From IMG/VR virus record IMGVR_UViG_3300028603_000033: a stretch of DNA of 64,000 nt; one strand, 5' to 3'. This stretch comes from an uncultured virus (IMG/VR IMGVR_UViG_3300028603_000033). Taxonomy: Duplodnaviria > Heunggongvirae > Uroviricota > Caudoviricetes. Positions 1 to 8,326 of the stretch are shown here, in pieces (the first letter of the stretch is position 1; each line of letters starts with the position of its first letter). A program made the position numbers and the translations under genes. The notes under the pieces are model-generated. The model did no database searches. It was given only the letters and a program-made list of their open reading frames with translations, and had not been told where the DNA came from.

Positions 1-255
1 TGCTGCATTAAACAATTCAAGCAATATTTTCTTATTATCTATTTGTCCTGTATAAGGAAACTTATTTAAATCATCTTTAAAATGAATAGATATTTTTGTA
101 CCAACACCATCATATACCCGTTTATAAACGTCTCTCAAGAATTTTTCATCAAACATTTCTATAGGAACGTTTAACCGATTAGCAATAATATTATGCATAA
201 AGATATTGTCTTTGTAAGAGGTACAATAAAATGCATCATATTCTTCAGTGAACAT
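1..255 (-). CDS. Hypothetical protein, runs off the window edge (MFTEEYDAFYCTSYKDN...LLELFNAA)
   Basis: Read manually: open frame from ATG at 255 to position 1 with no stop; not in the ORF track. Confidence 0.6.
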   Translation of the reverse strand, partial: MFTEEYDAFYCTSYKDNIFMHNIIANRLNVPIEMFDEKFLRDVYKRVYDGVGTKISIHFKDDLNKFPYTGQIDNKKILLELFNAA

Positions 256-330
256 ATATATCTGAAAATTTCATATAATAAATATAACTTACTTTACATG
301 AAAATCAACGTGTTAACCATAAATAATTAT

Positions 331-393
331 AGCGGTAATTCTAATAGCGCAAACTATTAGAAAATGGTCGGAATGACTGACCACTGTCCCGCT
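331..393 (+). other. Predicted three-way-junction RNA structure upstream of the homing endonuclease
   Basis: AGCGG (331-335) pairs with CCGCT (389-393). It encloses hairpins TTCTAATAG/CTATTAGAA (339-362) and TGGTCGG/CTGACCA (365-383). Lies just after CATAAATA at 318-325. Confidence 0.5.
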
Positions 394-420
394 GCTATTA
401 CTTATAAAGGAATGATTAAA

Positions 421-1416
421 ATGTACACAGAAGAACTTAAAAATATTGTAAGAAATATTGTTAATACAGTTTCACCATCATATTGGTCAAAACAAAATCT
501 GATAATACGACCCAATTTTCAACAAATTGTGCAATCAACCAGCTTCCTACCTACTAACATAAAACTATGTGCCCGTTTATACTGTATATTAAATAATATA
601 GAAACTCAACCATTATGTGCAATATGTGGTAATCCTGTAAGATATGAATGGTTGGGTGCTTTAAAAGGCTTTAAGAAATATTGTGGTAAGTGCCAGCGGA
701 AATCCATCGAGACCAGATCTAAACGCGAAGAAACAATATTCAATAAATTCGGGGTTAAAAATATATCCCAATCTGATCACTTTAAAATATCATATAAGCA
801 AACAATGTTACATAATTATGGAGTTGAGCATGCTATGCATAGCTCACAGATTAAACAGAAACATCAAAATACTTGTATTAAACGATTTGGTTCCAATAGC
901 CCTTTAGGTAATAAATCTATAATCAATAAAAATAAGAAAATATGGAAAAATAAATTCGGTGTCGAAAATCCGATGCAAAATAAAGACATTAGAACAAAGG
1001 CACAGAACACGTGTATTAAAAGATATGGGGTACCTATAATAACTCAAAATCCTCAATTTGTTTTAAAGGCACTAACCACCAGATATAAAAATAATATGTT
1101 ATATTGTCCGCAAAAAGGTACAAACGAACAAAGTATTTTAGATCTACAGGAACAACAAGATAATTGTATTATTGATAGAAATTTCAGAGTCGGATTGTTT
1201 TATCCTGATGGTTATTGCAAAGAAACAAACACTATTTATGAAGTTTATGAAAAATACCACAAATCAGCTAAACGACAAATAAAGGATAAAGAACGTCAGA
1301 AATACATTCAAGACCAACTTCAATGTAATTTTATAATTATTTGGGACTGTGATGATAAACCTATCGACGCATATCCCTATAATACTCAACAGGATCTTCA
1401 ACCCCGCAAGCCATAA
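421..1416 (+). CDS. Free-standing homing endonuclease-like protein (Zn finger, ~23-aa T-x-x-x-x-(Y/F)G repeats, C-terminal Vsr/PD-(D/E)xK-like nuclease)
   Basis: CAIC...CGKC zinc finger; repeats ETIFNKFGV, QTMLHNYGV, NTCIKRFGS, NTCIKRYGV; C-terminal YPDGYCKETNTIYEVYEKYH. Opposite strand to its neighbours. The track starts at 364; ATG 421 is preferred but uncertain. Confidence 0.7.
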   Translation: MYTEELKNIVRNIVNTVSPSYWSKQNLIIRPNFQQIVQSTSFLPTNIKLCARLYCILNNIETQPLCAICGNPVRYEWLGALKGFKKYCGKCQRKSIETRSKREETIFNKFGVKNISQSDHFKISYKQTMLHNYGVEHAMHSSQIKQKHQNTCIKRFGSNSPLGNKSIINKNKKIWKNKFGVENPMQNKDIRTKAQNTCIKRYGVPIITQNPQFVLKALTTRYKNNMLYCPQKGTNEQSILDLQEQQDNCIIDRNFRVGLFYPDGYCKETNTIYEVYEKYHKSAKRQIKDKERQKYIQDQLQCNFIIIWDCDDKPIDAYPYNTQQDLQPRKP

Positions 1417-2155
1417 AAGCTGCTAATCTTTCCTGACAACTGCAACACACTCCACAAGGCTTTCCGTTATACTTTCCAAGTCCGCCATTATAGCAAGTCC
1501 AGGTATCCTTAAATATTTCGACCGGCCACTTCTTTAGAATACGAGCAAGCGTCTGTTCCTTCCTTTCTTTAATGAGAGGTGTTTCAATTCGAATATCGCG
1601 TCGAGGCTCTGCAAGCTTGAAATCCCACCGCATAAACCCACTATCATCTACAGCGGAGTTTATATCGCTATTAACATCATCAGATCCTTTAGTAGGTGTT
1701 GTTAATCCTGATTGAATAGCGAGTTCTACTAGTCTGAAAAAAATCGGTCTGCAATCCCTATAAACTTTTTGATCTTCATCACAAGCTCCATGATATACAG
1801 CACTACAACCAGTTTCTGCTGCATAGCTGGCAGCAAAGGTAAGAAACATCATATTTCTTAGTTGTACTACCGTCTTCACTTGTTCGTCCATGCTCGTAGT
1901 CATTTCTACAGATGTGTCAGTCAACGCACTCCCTTTAGTAATGTCCCCTAAAGGAACCTTTAATACTTTACGTGGTATATTGAAGCGCTTACAGATCTTT
2001 TCCGCTGCTTCATTCTCCTTCGCGAAGTGACGATTACCATAATCAAATCCTAATGTTAGAGTGTTTTCAGCGCCATACTTATCAATACATTCTAACAGCA
2101 TACAAGTAGAATCTTGGCCTCCTGAAAACAAAACTACAACTTTTTCTTTATTCAT
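1361..2155 (-). CDS. queC: 7-cyano-7-deazaguanine (preQ0) synthase
   Basis: VVVLFSGGQDS PP-loop, FDYG, RNMMFL, YRDCR, and C-terminal Zn site TWTCY...PCGVCCSCQER...DPVEY. Confidence 0.93.
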   Translation of the reverse strand: MNKEKVVVLFSGGQDSTCMLLECIDKYGAENTLTLGFDYGNRHFAKENEAAEKICKRFNIPRKVLKVPLGDITKGSALTDTSVEMTTSMDEQVKTVVQLRNMMFLTFAASYAAETGCSAVYHGACDEDQKVYRDCRPIFFRLVELAIQSGLTTPTKGSDDVNSDINSAVDDSGFMRWDFKLAEPRRDIRIETPLIKERKEQTLARILKKWPVEIFKDTWTCYNGGLGKYNGKPCGVCCSCQERLAAFMACGVEDPVEYYRDMRR

Positions 2156-2156
2156 A

Positions 2157-2345
2157 TTATTCCTTACAATCTTCCAATCTTACTTTATATTTCTGATCTT
2201 TATGATCTTCTAGCCATTTACCGAAATCACCAGCTAGTTCATTACTCACCGGAACTTTGAATTTTATAGTCTTCTCCAAAATCTTTCCATTGTCATCAAA
2301 CTCATCCAATACAATAACAACGTATTTAATTAGTGTTTCATTCAT
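2157..2345 (-). CDS. Hypothetical protein
   Basis: 62-aa ORF tightly packed with queC; GGAAAGGAA-type RBS upstream. Confidence 0.7.
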   Translation of the reverse strand: MNETLIKYVVIVLDEFDDNGKILEKTIKFKVPVSNELAGDFGKWLEDHKDQKYKVRLEDCKE

Positions 2346-2362
2346 AATAATTTTCCTTTCCT

Positions 2363-2728
2363 TTACTTTCCTTCTGCTAACGATCTCAAAGTTACATAAT
2401 ATTCTGGAAATAACCCTCTAATATAATTCACAAATTCAGTACTTGTTAATATTTTATTAGGTAATCCTTTTGCAAATGCTCTATTCTGTACTTCTTCAAT
2501 TATCCTCATTGGACTTGTACAATCAGGGACTACCGGTTCATCTACATATCTTAACATATCTATAACCTTTTTGAATCCACCCAACCGCTCAATTTCTTCA
2601 AAAGCCTCTTTCCAAATCCAGCTACTTTTCTTTTCGGGATTAGTATTATATTGCGGATGAAATCTTAAGCACCCATCATCTTCAGATATTGCCCATTGTT
2701 TATATTCGCCAAATATATGTATTTTCAT
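2363..2728 (-). CDS. Hypothetical protein
   Basis: 121-aa ORF in a co-oriented run. Confidence 0.7.
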   Translation of the reverse strand: MKIHIFGEYKQWAISEDDGCLRFHPQYNTNPEKKSSWIWKEAFEEIERLGGFKKVIDMLRYVDEPVVPDCTSPMRIIEEVQNRAFAKGLPNKILTSTEFVNYIRGLFPEYYVTLRSLAEGK

Positions 2729-2730
2729 AA

Positions 2731-2922
2731 TTATCCCCTAACATCTGTACCAGGAATAAAATTAATAGTCAAATTAACCAATTGTCCATCTTCTTGCTTT
2801 GTCCATGTTATTGAATCTACAGCACAAAGATTTATACCCATTTTATTTGGTATAACTTCGAGCGGCAATGGTGATTCTTCTGTCTTTATTAATTCTTCTA
2901 TTGTCTTTGTTATTGTCTTCAT
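2731..2922 (-). CDS. Hypothetical protein
   Basis: 63-aa ORF, 2-nt gap to the next gene, AAGGA RBS. Confidence 0.7.
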   Translation of the reverse strand: MKTITKTIEELIKTEESPLPLEVIPNKMGINLCAVDSITWTKQEDGQLVNLTINFIPGTDVRG

Positions 2923-2987
2923 ATTAATTCCTTACTTCGCTCCCCTACCCATCTTCCGTCATTTTGTGACACATCTATTTTCTTCAT
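2919..2987 (-). CDS. Small protein, 22 aa (MKKIDVSQNDGRWVGERSKELI)
   Basis: Read manually: GTAGGAG RBS; ATGA stop/start overlap with the downstream gene. Confidence 0.5.
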   Translation of the reverse strand: MKKIDVSQNDGRWVGERSKELI

Positions 2988-2988
2988 T

Positions 2989-3108
2989 TTAATCTCCTAC
3001 TTTAATATAATGTCTAGTTGATATTTCATTATTGCCTGTATCATACCATTCAATCCAATAAAACATCTCTTTTTCGTCATCCCAATATACCGGAATATCT
3101 GTTTTCAT
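2989..3108 (-). CDS. Small protein, 39 aa (MKTDIPVYWDDEKEMFYWIEWYDTG...)
   Basis: Read manually: AGGAG RBS; ATGA overlap with the upstream gene; fills the gap exactly. Confidence 0.6.
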   Translation of the reverse strand: MKTDIPVYWDDEKEMFYWIEWYDTGNNEISTRHYIKVGD

Positions 3109-3326
3109 TTATCTACTCCTATCATTTTATACCATTTCACAAACTTAACATCGCTCGGTGACACTTTATGGTCATGGCAACACATCTTTACAAGTTCTTT
3201 TCGGTCTTTTGCATTTATTCGATATTGATTAGTATATGTATAACAAATCCATTTACCCATAGATTTGTATATAACAATCTCATCAGACTTTCTAAACATT
3301 TTACCTACATCTATTTCGTACTTCAT
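3105..3326 (-). CDS. Hypothetical protein
   Basis: 73-aa ORF with ATGA overlaps at both ends. Confidence 0.7.
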   Translation of the reverse strand: MKYEIDVGKMFRKSDEIVIYKSMGKWICYTYTNQYRINAKDRKELVKMCCHDHKVSPSDVKFVKWYKMIGVDK

Positions 3327-3751
3327 GATATCCTTATCTGTGTTAATTTTGAAACAGGTATCTTAAAGAAACGTTCATTATTAGAAAACTTAGTTCTAAC
3401 CTGTTCAAGTGGTGATTCTAATACTGCTTCTTTAGGGCATAAGAATGCATTTGTCAAATCTGAACTGAATACTAAGAAATATAGCTTCTCAGATAACTCT
3501 GCAAATTTCTTCTTTCGTTCTGCAATCTGTAAATCAGGATAATAAAATTCATCTTCATCCCAAGCATATTTAACTTCTACTTCAATAAAAATTTCTTCGC
3601 CGTCTTTTTCAACTATTAGATCTGGACCATATTGGTCGGGATTCTCATATATCTTATATCCATACTTGCTCCACAATGATATAGCAGCCTCTTTAGCCCA
3701 CTTATCATTTTCAGCATATAAGGATTTATCAAATGGTTTATAATTACCCAT
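3323..3751 (-). CDS. PD-(D/E)xK restriction-endonuclease-like protein
   Basis: GPDLIVEKDGEEIFIEVEVK matches the PD...ExK catalytic pattern. Confidence 0.7.
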   Translation of the reverse strand: MGNYKPFDKSLYAENDKWAKEAAISLWSKYGYKIYENPDQYGPDLIVEKDGEEIFIEVEVKYAWDEDEFYYPDLQIAERKKKFAELSEKLYFLVFSSDLTNAFLCPKEAVLESPLEQVRTKFSNNERFFKIPVSKLTQIRIS

Positions 3752-3758
3752 GAATAAA

Positions 3759-4214
3759 TTATACTATAAAACCTTCGCTATGCAATATAGAATCTTTAAA
3801 TTCTTGTATGTTTAGAATAGGATTACTTTTATATCTCCAAAATCCTACTTCTTTCTTTAACATCTTATCCACAATACGATTTCTTACAATCATACTATCT
3901 TCTAATGTAGGATTCCAATCATTCTGAAATTCTACTGGGGCTTGCTGTAAGCATTCAATAGTGGTACCTGGAGAGAATCCTCGGCGGACCATTTCTTTAT
4001 TAACTGCTTCTAGACGTCTAGCCAAATATATTAACTTAGTCTTAAAGAAGTTCATGTGTCCTTTACCCAGATTATATGAATCGGGAACTTCACTTTTAAT
4101 AATGAAGTCATTTTTGCGAAGGGAACCAACAATCATTGTAATTTCTACAGACTCAGCAATAAGATGCTGATCTGCAAGATATATAGGATTAACACCAACA
4201 TTAACTCGAGCCAT
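3759..4214 (-). CDS. denV: Pyrimidine dimer DNA glycosylase (endonuclease V)
   Basis: MARVN...LADQHLIAE...YNLGKGHMNFF..KLIYLARR...EMVRRGF resembles T4 DenV. Confidence 0.88.
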   Translation of the reverse strand: MARVNVGVNPIYLADQHLIAESVEITMIVGSLRKNDFIIKSEVPDSYNLGKGHMNFFKTKLIYLARRLEAVNKEMVRRGFSPGTTIECLQQAPVEFQNDWNPTLEDSMIVRNRIVDKMLKKEVGFWRYKSNPILNIQEFKDSILHSEGFIV

Positions 4215-4292
4215 TTAATATCCTTTGTTTAAAGTTCTTATATGTATTATATAATAAACAAAGGGAAATTACTAGGTGTATCTTGTTAATAA

Positions 4293-5087
4293 TTAATAAT
4301 CAATATTGCTATAGCGTCCGGATGATGTTTGTTTGTTAATCCATTTTTCTAAGTCTTGAGCGTGTTGTGCTTGTGTTGGATGTTCTCTTGCCCATTTGAC
4401 ACGATCATATGTGCGTAGATATGCATCGCCGGCAAGACCTAATTTATTTCCAAATCCTTTAAAAGGAACTAGTCTAGGATTCATTATTTTCTCAGCACCT
4501 TGTGCTGTCTTATCAGCAAATCTTCCAAGGCGTCCAGGTTCATTAGAAACATAACGTCCATTTTTGGCTCTTTTTGTTAAAGGTCTTGGATCTAATTTTG
4601 AATTACACCATCTTAAAAATCCATTTGCAATACCATCGGCCCATTCCGCCACTGCACGCTCATCTATTACACCATTAACTATAAATTTTCCTAATTTTTT
4701 TGTTATTTTTGCTATTTTTGGTATCCTTAATAATCCCTTCATCATTGTTTGAAGTGATTTACTTAAAGCAGGGGCGCCTTTTTTTAGAAAATACATGATA
4801 ACTCTTATTGCACCAGGACTTTTTATAGGTCCAGCTAATTGCTTATATGGTGTAAGTATTTTAACCATATCACCCACGGGAATCATACTAATAACAGATA
4901 TCCAATAACCTATTTTATCACCATCCTGATAATACATTACCGCATTAGTCATATCAGCAGGAAGTCCAACGTATGGTATAAAGCCTGCAAGACCCAACCC
5001 AACGTGTTGTGTTGTTCGATTCCATTTTAATGGGTTTAACTCTATTTCATTAATTAATTCATCATATTGTGTTTTAAACTTATCCAT
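4293..5087 (-). CDS. Putative virion/ejection protein with pre-toxin TG-like hydrophobic hairpin
   Basis: LGLAGFIPYVGLPADMTNAVMYYQDGDKIGYWISVISMIPVGD resembles the PT-TG motif of polymorphic toxins; MDKF...LINE N-terminus; late-promoter motif upstream. Confidence 0.55.
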   Translation of the reverse strand: MDKFKTQYDELINEIELNPLKWNRTTQHVGLGLAGFIPYVGLPADMTNAVMYYQDGDKIGYWISVISMIPVGDMVKILTPYKQLAGPIKSPGAIRVIMYFLKKGAPALSKSLQTMMKGLLRIPKIAKITKKLGKFIVNGVIDERAVAEWADGIANGFLRWCNSKLDPRPLTKRAKNGRYVSNEPGRLGRFADKTAQGAEKIMNPRLVPFKGFGNKLGLAGDAYLRTYDRVKWAREHPTQAQHAQDLEKWINKQTSSGRYSNIDY

Positions 5088-5101
5088 AACTATTCCTATA
5101 T

Positions 5102-5155
5102 TTATTTACCTGATAATGTTTTATTTTAATATAAATAATAGGAATAGGGTAAATA
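5102..5155. promoter_or_regulatory. Back-to-back late promoters (GGTAAATA on -, TATAAATA and GGGTAAATA on +)
   Basis: tatttacc at 5103-5110, tataaata at 5130-5137, gggtaaata at 5147-5155, between divergent genes. T4 late consensus is TATAAATA. Confidence 0.7.
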
Positions 5156-5174
5156 ATTAAAAGGTATAAAAACT

Positions 5175-5606
5175 ATGAACAAATTTAGAAATCAATTCAT
5201 TCGATCATTAGCAGAAGCTGGTCCACTTGCAGATATGTCGGGTGGCCAAGATCCTAATATGCAGGCAGCACCAGGAGCACTTCCAGAAGGCGAATTGGGG
5301 GTCCAGGATCCATCATTACAACAGAGTTTAGCTGGAACTAAAGAAGCTGGTGACACTCCAGATCCTATTACAGCAGGTCTACCACAATGGGCACAATTAG
5401 CAAAAGAAATGGAAGACAACGCACTTAAATTATTGAGTGCTGTTAAAGTTGCTGCTGGTAAACCTGGTGGTGGTAAAATTTGGGGACGTGCTGCAAATCT
5501 ATTAGGTGACATTAGATCTAAATTAGCTGCTTTAGGTAGTGAATTTGAAACTACTGGGGAAACATATAGTGTAACAAAGGCAGAAGTAGCAAAACAAGGT
5601 CAATAA
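5175..5606 (+). CDS. Putative internal head protein
   Basis: MNKF...SLAE/AG N-terminus; Ala/Gly/Pro-rich; late promoter upstream. Confidence 0.55.
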   Translation: MNKFRNQFIRSLAEAGPLADMSGGQDPNMQAAPGALPEGELGVQDPSLQQSLAGTKEAGDTPDPITAGLPQWAQLAKEMEDNALKLLSAVKVAAGKPGGGKIWGRAANLLGDIRSKLAALGSEFETTGETYSVTKAEVAKQGQ

Positions 5607-5608
5607 TA

Positions 5609-6892
5609 ATGGATAAATTTAATCAAATTTTATTCGATTATAGATTAATCAACCAATTAAATGAATCAGAAGTACCCGATTCAACAGAACCTGCTGCTCC
5701 TCAACCTACTTGGGATGATAATCAAATGGTTGACTTTGTTGCTAAATTTCAAGGAAATGATGAACAAGGACCCAATTACCTAGGAGCACTAAGTGTTTTA
5801 ATGGATGATCCCTCATTAGAATATGCATTAAATATAGAAAAACTAAATAACGTTTATGGATCGTTAAGCAAATCTGTTTCTAATTTATTAAATACTCCAC
5901 TTCTAAGTGGTACCAATATAAATACCGAAGAAGTAGAAGCACCCGTTGATAATAATATTCCACCTGAAGTACCTCAACCTGAATCTCCACCTCCCGAAGA
6001 CCCTAATGTTACTAATTTAAAAAATGAATTATCAAATATAATTCCTCCTATAAAAGATGCTTTTGCTAAAATTAAAGAAATGACATCAGATGAAAAACTT
6101 CAAATAGCTATAACCAATTTACGTAAACTATATGATGAACAACCAGATATATTTAATGATATATATGAACAATCCAAAGCTACAACTACTTGGAAAGAAT
6201 CATTATCTGAATTAATAAATAAATTTTCACAAACAACAAAGACTGAAAGTTTCAATAAATTTGACGATAACTTAGACACATATCTTACAGAAATGGGATT
6301 TGTAAAGGCTATTGGTTCAGGTTTGAGAACATTTGGTGATGATGCATTAAAATGGGGTACCACTGCATGGAAAAATAGACGTGCTGCAAAAGCTGCGGCC
6401 ACGGCTGCCGCTAAACTAGTACCAGCTGGTTCTAGAGCTGCTAAAGCTGGAGCTGCCACTAAAATGATAGCTGTAGGAAAATTAACATGGCCAGGAATGG
6501 CAATGTTGTTTGGTTATGTATTTATAGACAAAGCTGTTAGTATATTAACATCACTAGCTGGTAAAGGTATTATGATGCCTTTAACTATTCTTCACAGTTG
6601 TCTTGAAATATTACGAAAATATAAATCTCTTCTTTTAAAAATATTTGTTCCTGTTCAAATAATAAGCGGAGTTATAATTAAATCTGGTGGTCAGGCGGGG
6701 CAATTTACTGGTCCAATGATGCAAGAAATGTTAGAGAAAATATTTGATTTTGGATTTGATATAATTAGTGAATTGTTTAAGATAATGGGTCTTAAAGAAT
6801 TAACCACAGGAGTATCAGGATTAGGTCGTAACATATCCCGTAATACAAAAACTGCTGTGGCTAAGGCTATGGGAGTAGGAAATACACATTAA
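5609..6892 (+). CDS. Putative internal/ejection protein with C-terminal hydrophobic helices
   Basis: MDKF...LNE N-terminus, a second internal NKFDDNLDTYLTE/MG motif, Pro-rich linker, hydrophobic WPGMAMLFGYVFI segment. Confidence 0.5.
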   Translation: MDKFNQILFDYRLINQLNESEVPDSTEPAAPQPTWDDNQMVDFVAKFQGNDEQGPNYLGALSVLMDDPSLEYALNIEKLNNVYGSLSKSVSNLLNTPLLSGTNINTEEVEAPVDNNIPPEVPQPESPPPEDPNVTNLKNELSNIIPPIKDAFAKIKEMTSDEKLQIAITNLRKLYDEQPDIFNDIYEQSKATTTWKESLSELINKFSQTTKTESFNKFDDNLDTYLTEMGFVKAIGSGLRTFGDDALKWGTTAWKNRRAAKAAATAAAKLVPAGSRAAKAGAATKMIAVGKLTWPGMAMLFGYVFIDKAVSILTSLAGKGIMMPLTILHSCLEILRKYKSLLLKIFVPVQIISGVIIKSGGQAGQFTGPMMQEMLEKIFDFGFDIISELFKIMGLKELTTGVSGLGRNISRNTKTAVAKAMGVGNTH

Positions 6893-8286
6893 TGAACTTA
6901 ACACAAGAACCATGGTTTAATGATCTACCATATAGTACACAACAAGATCTTTTATATAAACAACAAATTGGTCAGCTAAATGATAATGATATTAATAAGC
7001 TGAAATTTATATATACTCCAAAACCTAAACGACCTGTAAAACCCATGAATTCAATAGAAAGATTTGGATATGGTATTCCTAGTGCTATGGCTAATGTAGG
7101 AAACAAAGGGGGTAATATAGTTGATGTTTTAAAAGCTGGTGCGGAGGGCGCTACTGAAATTACAGGTGATATAATCAAAAAAATACATTCATCTATATTG
7201 TTACCTTTTTTCAATTGTTTTAAAGAAAAACTTACTAATTCACCCATTAGTAGTATTGATGATACTAGTGATATAAACCTTAGTTATGCACAACTATATT
7301 CAATATATTCATTTTGTTCATATCTGTTTATCAAAAAAGAATCTTCTAAAAATATATCGGATCCAAAATTTAATGGTGTTATTCTTCCTATTATTAAAGA
7401 TACATATGGCTTTGATAATGAAATAACAACTATATCTGAAAATATATGGAGTAATGGATTACCTGATAATATGACGTTAACATTGTTAAATAAGGTTGCT
7501 GATCTTTTAAAACTTAGTATAAATCAAATCCAAGAGCATTTTGATTTACAGTCTAATAGATTATTAAATCCTGGTTTAAGAACAATGTTTGACCAAATAT
7601 TCACTGAAGAATATATACCAACTATTTTGTCAGCATTTAACAATACTAATGAGTTATCTAAATTAGGTATTGTAAATGATAATGGTAACCTTACTATTAA
7701 CAATATTACAGGTACAATGCAAAATATACAAGCAAGGTTAAGAAGTTTTGAATTAAAAGCGCGAAATATATGTCTCTCACAAATAAAGGATACGGTTATG
7801 GGTGATAATACTAATGAAGTTCAAGAATCAATTTATATACCCTTTGATAGTTTAATTAAAGAAGTTGCATCACAATTTGGTAATCCAGCATTAGATACTT
7901 TAAACAATCAAACAAAACCTAAAAGCACTCTAACACCAAATACACCACCTCCACAAGCTAGTGCAGAAACAAATTCTACATTATCTCCTACAACATCAGG
8001 ATTTGGTGGACTAGGTTCTGCTGAAGCCGGTCAACAAAAATTCTATGACATCTTAGGGCAAGCGGGGTCAAAATATGGATTAGATAGTACTGCATTAAAT
8101 AAAATGGGATTCGGTGGACAACAAGAAGAAAGCCCCGCTGCAAAACTCGGAATGCCTAAAGATCAACATGATAGTTTTAATAAATGGTTTGGCCCAGCAT
8201 TAAAAGAGTTTATGAAAAACAATCCAGCACCTACTCAATCTTCTACTGAAAATATTGATGATCTATTGTCTGGTATATCTCAATAA
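6892..8286 (+). CDS. Hypothetical protein (possible virion protein)
   Basis: 464-aa ORF, TAATG overlap with the previous gene; low-complexity C-terminus after LIKE. Confidence 0.65.
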   Translation: MNLTQEPWFNDLPYSTQQDLLYKQQIGQLNDNDINKLKFIYTPKPKRPVKPMNSIERFGYGIPSAMANVGNKGGNIVDVLKAGAEGATEITGDIIKKIHSSILLPFFNCFKEKLTNSPISSIDDTSDINLSYAQLYSIYSFCSYLFIKKESSKNISDPKFNGVILPIIKDTYGFDNEITTISENIWSNGLPDNMTLTLLNKVADLLKLSINQIQEHFDLQSNRLLNPGLRTMFDQIFTEEYIPTILSAFNNTNELSKLGIVNDNGNLTINNITGTMQNIQARLRSFELKARNICLSQIKDTVMGDNTNEVQESIYIPFDSLIKEVASQFGNPALDTLNNQTKPKSTLTPNTPPPQASAETNSTLSPTTSGFGGLGSAEAGQQKFYDILGQAGSKYGLDSTALNKMGFGGQQEESPAAKLGMPKDQHDSFNKWFGPALKEFMKNNPAPTQSSTENIDDLLSGISQ

Positions 8287-8292
8287 TTAACG

Positions 8293-8320
8293 TTGACTTA
8301 TATTTAAAAACCTATATTAT
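8293..8320 (+). promoter_or_regulatory. Sigma70-type promoter, probably leaderless, for primase
   Basis: TTGACT-16 nt-TATTAT, then 6 nt to ATG 8327 with no SD. Confidence 0.6.
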
Positions 8321-8326
8321 ATAAGT

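Noticed and set aside
331..393. tRNA gene
   Set aside because: Only two internal arms, no TTCRA T-loop and no CCA end; kept as an unclassified structure.
5192..6459. Minus-strand ORFs 5192-5512 and 6100-6459 (and similar ones at 17915-18624)
   Set aside because: Antisense frames kept open by Ala/Pro/Gly-rich codons of the real genes.
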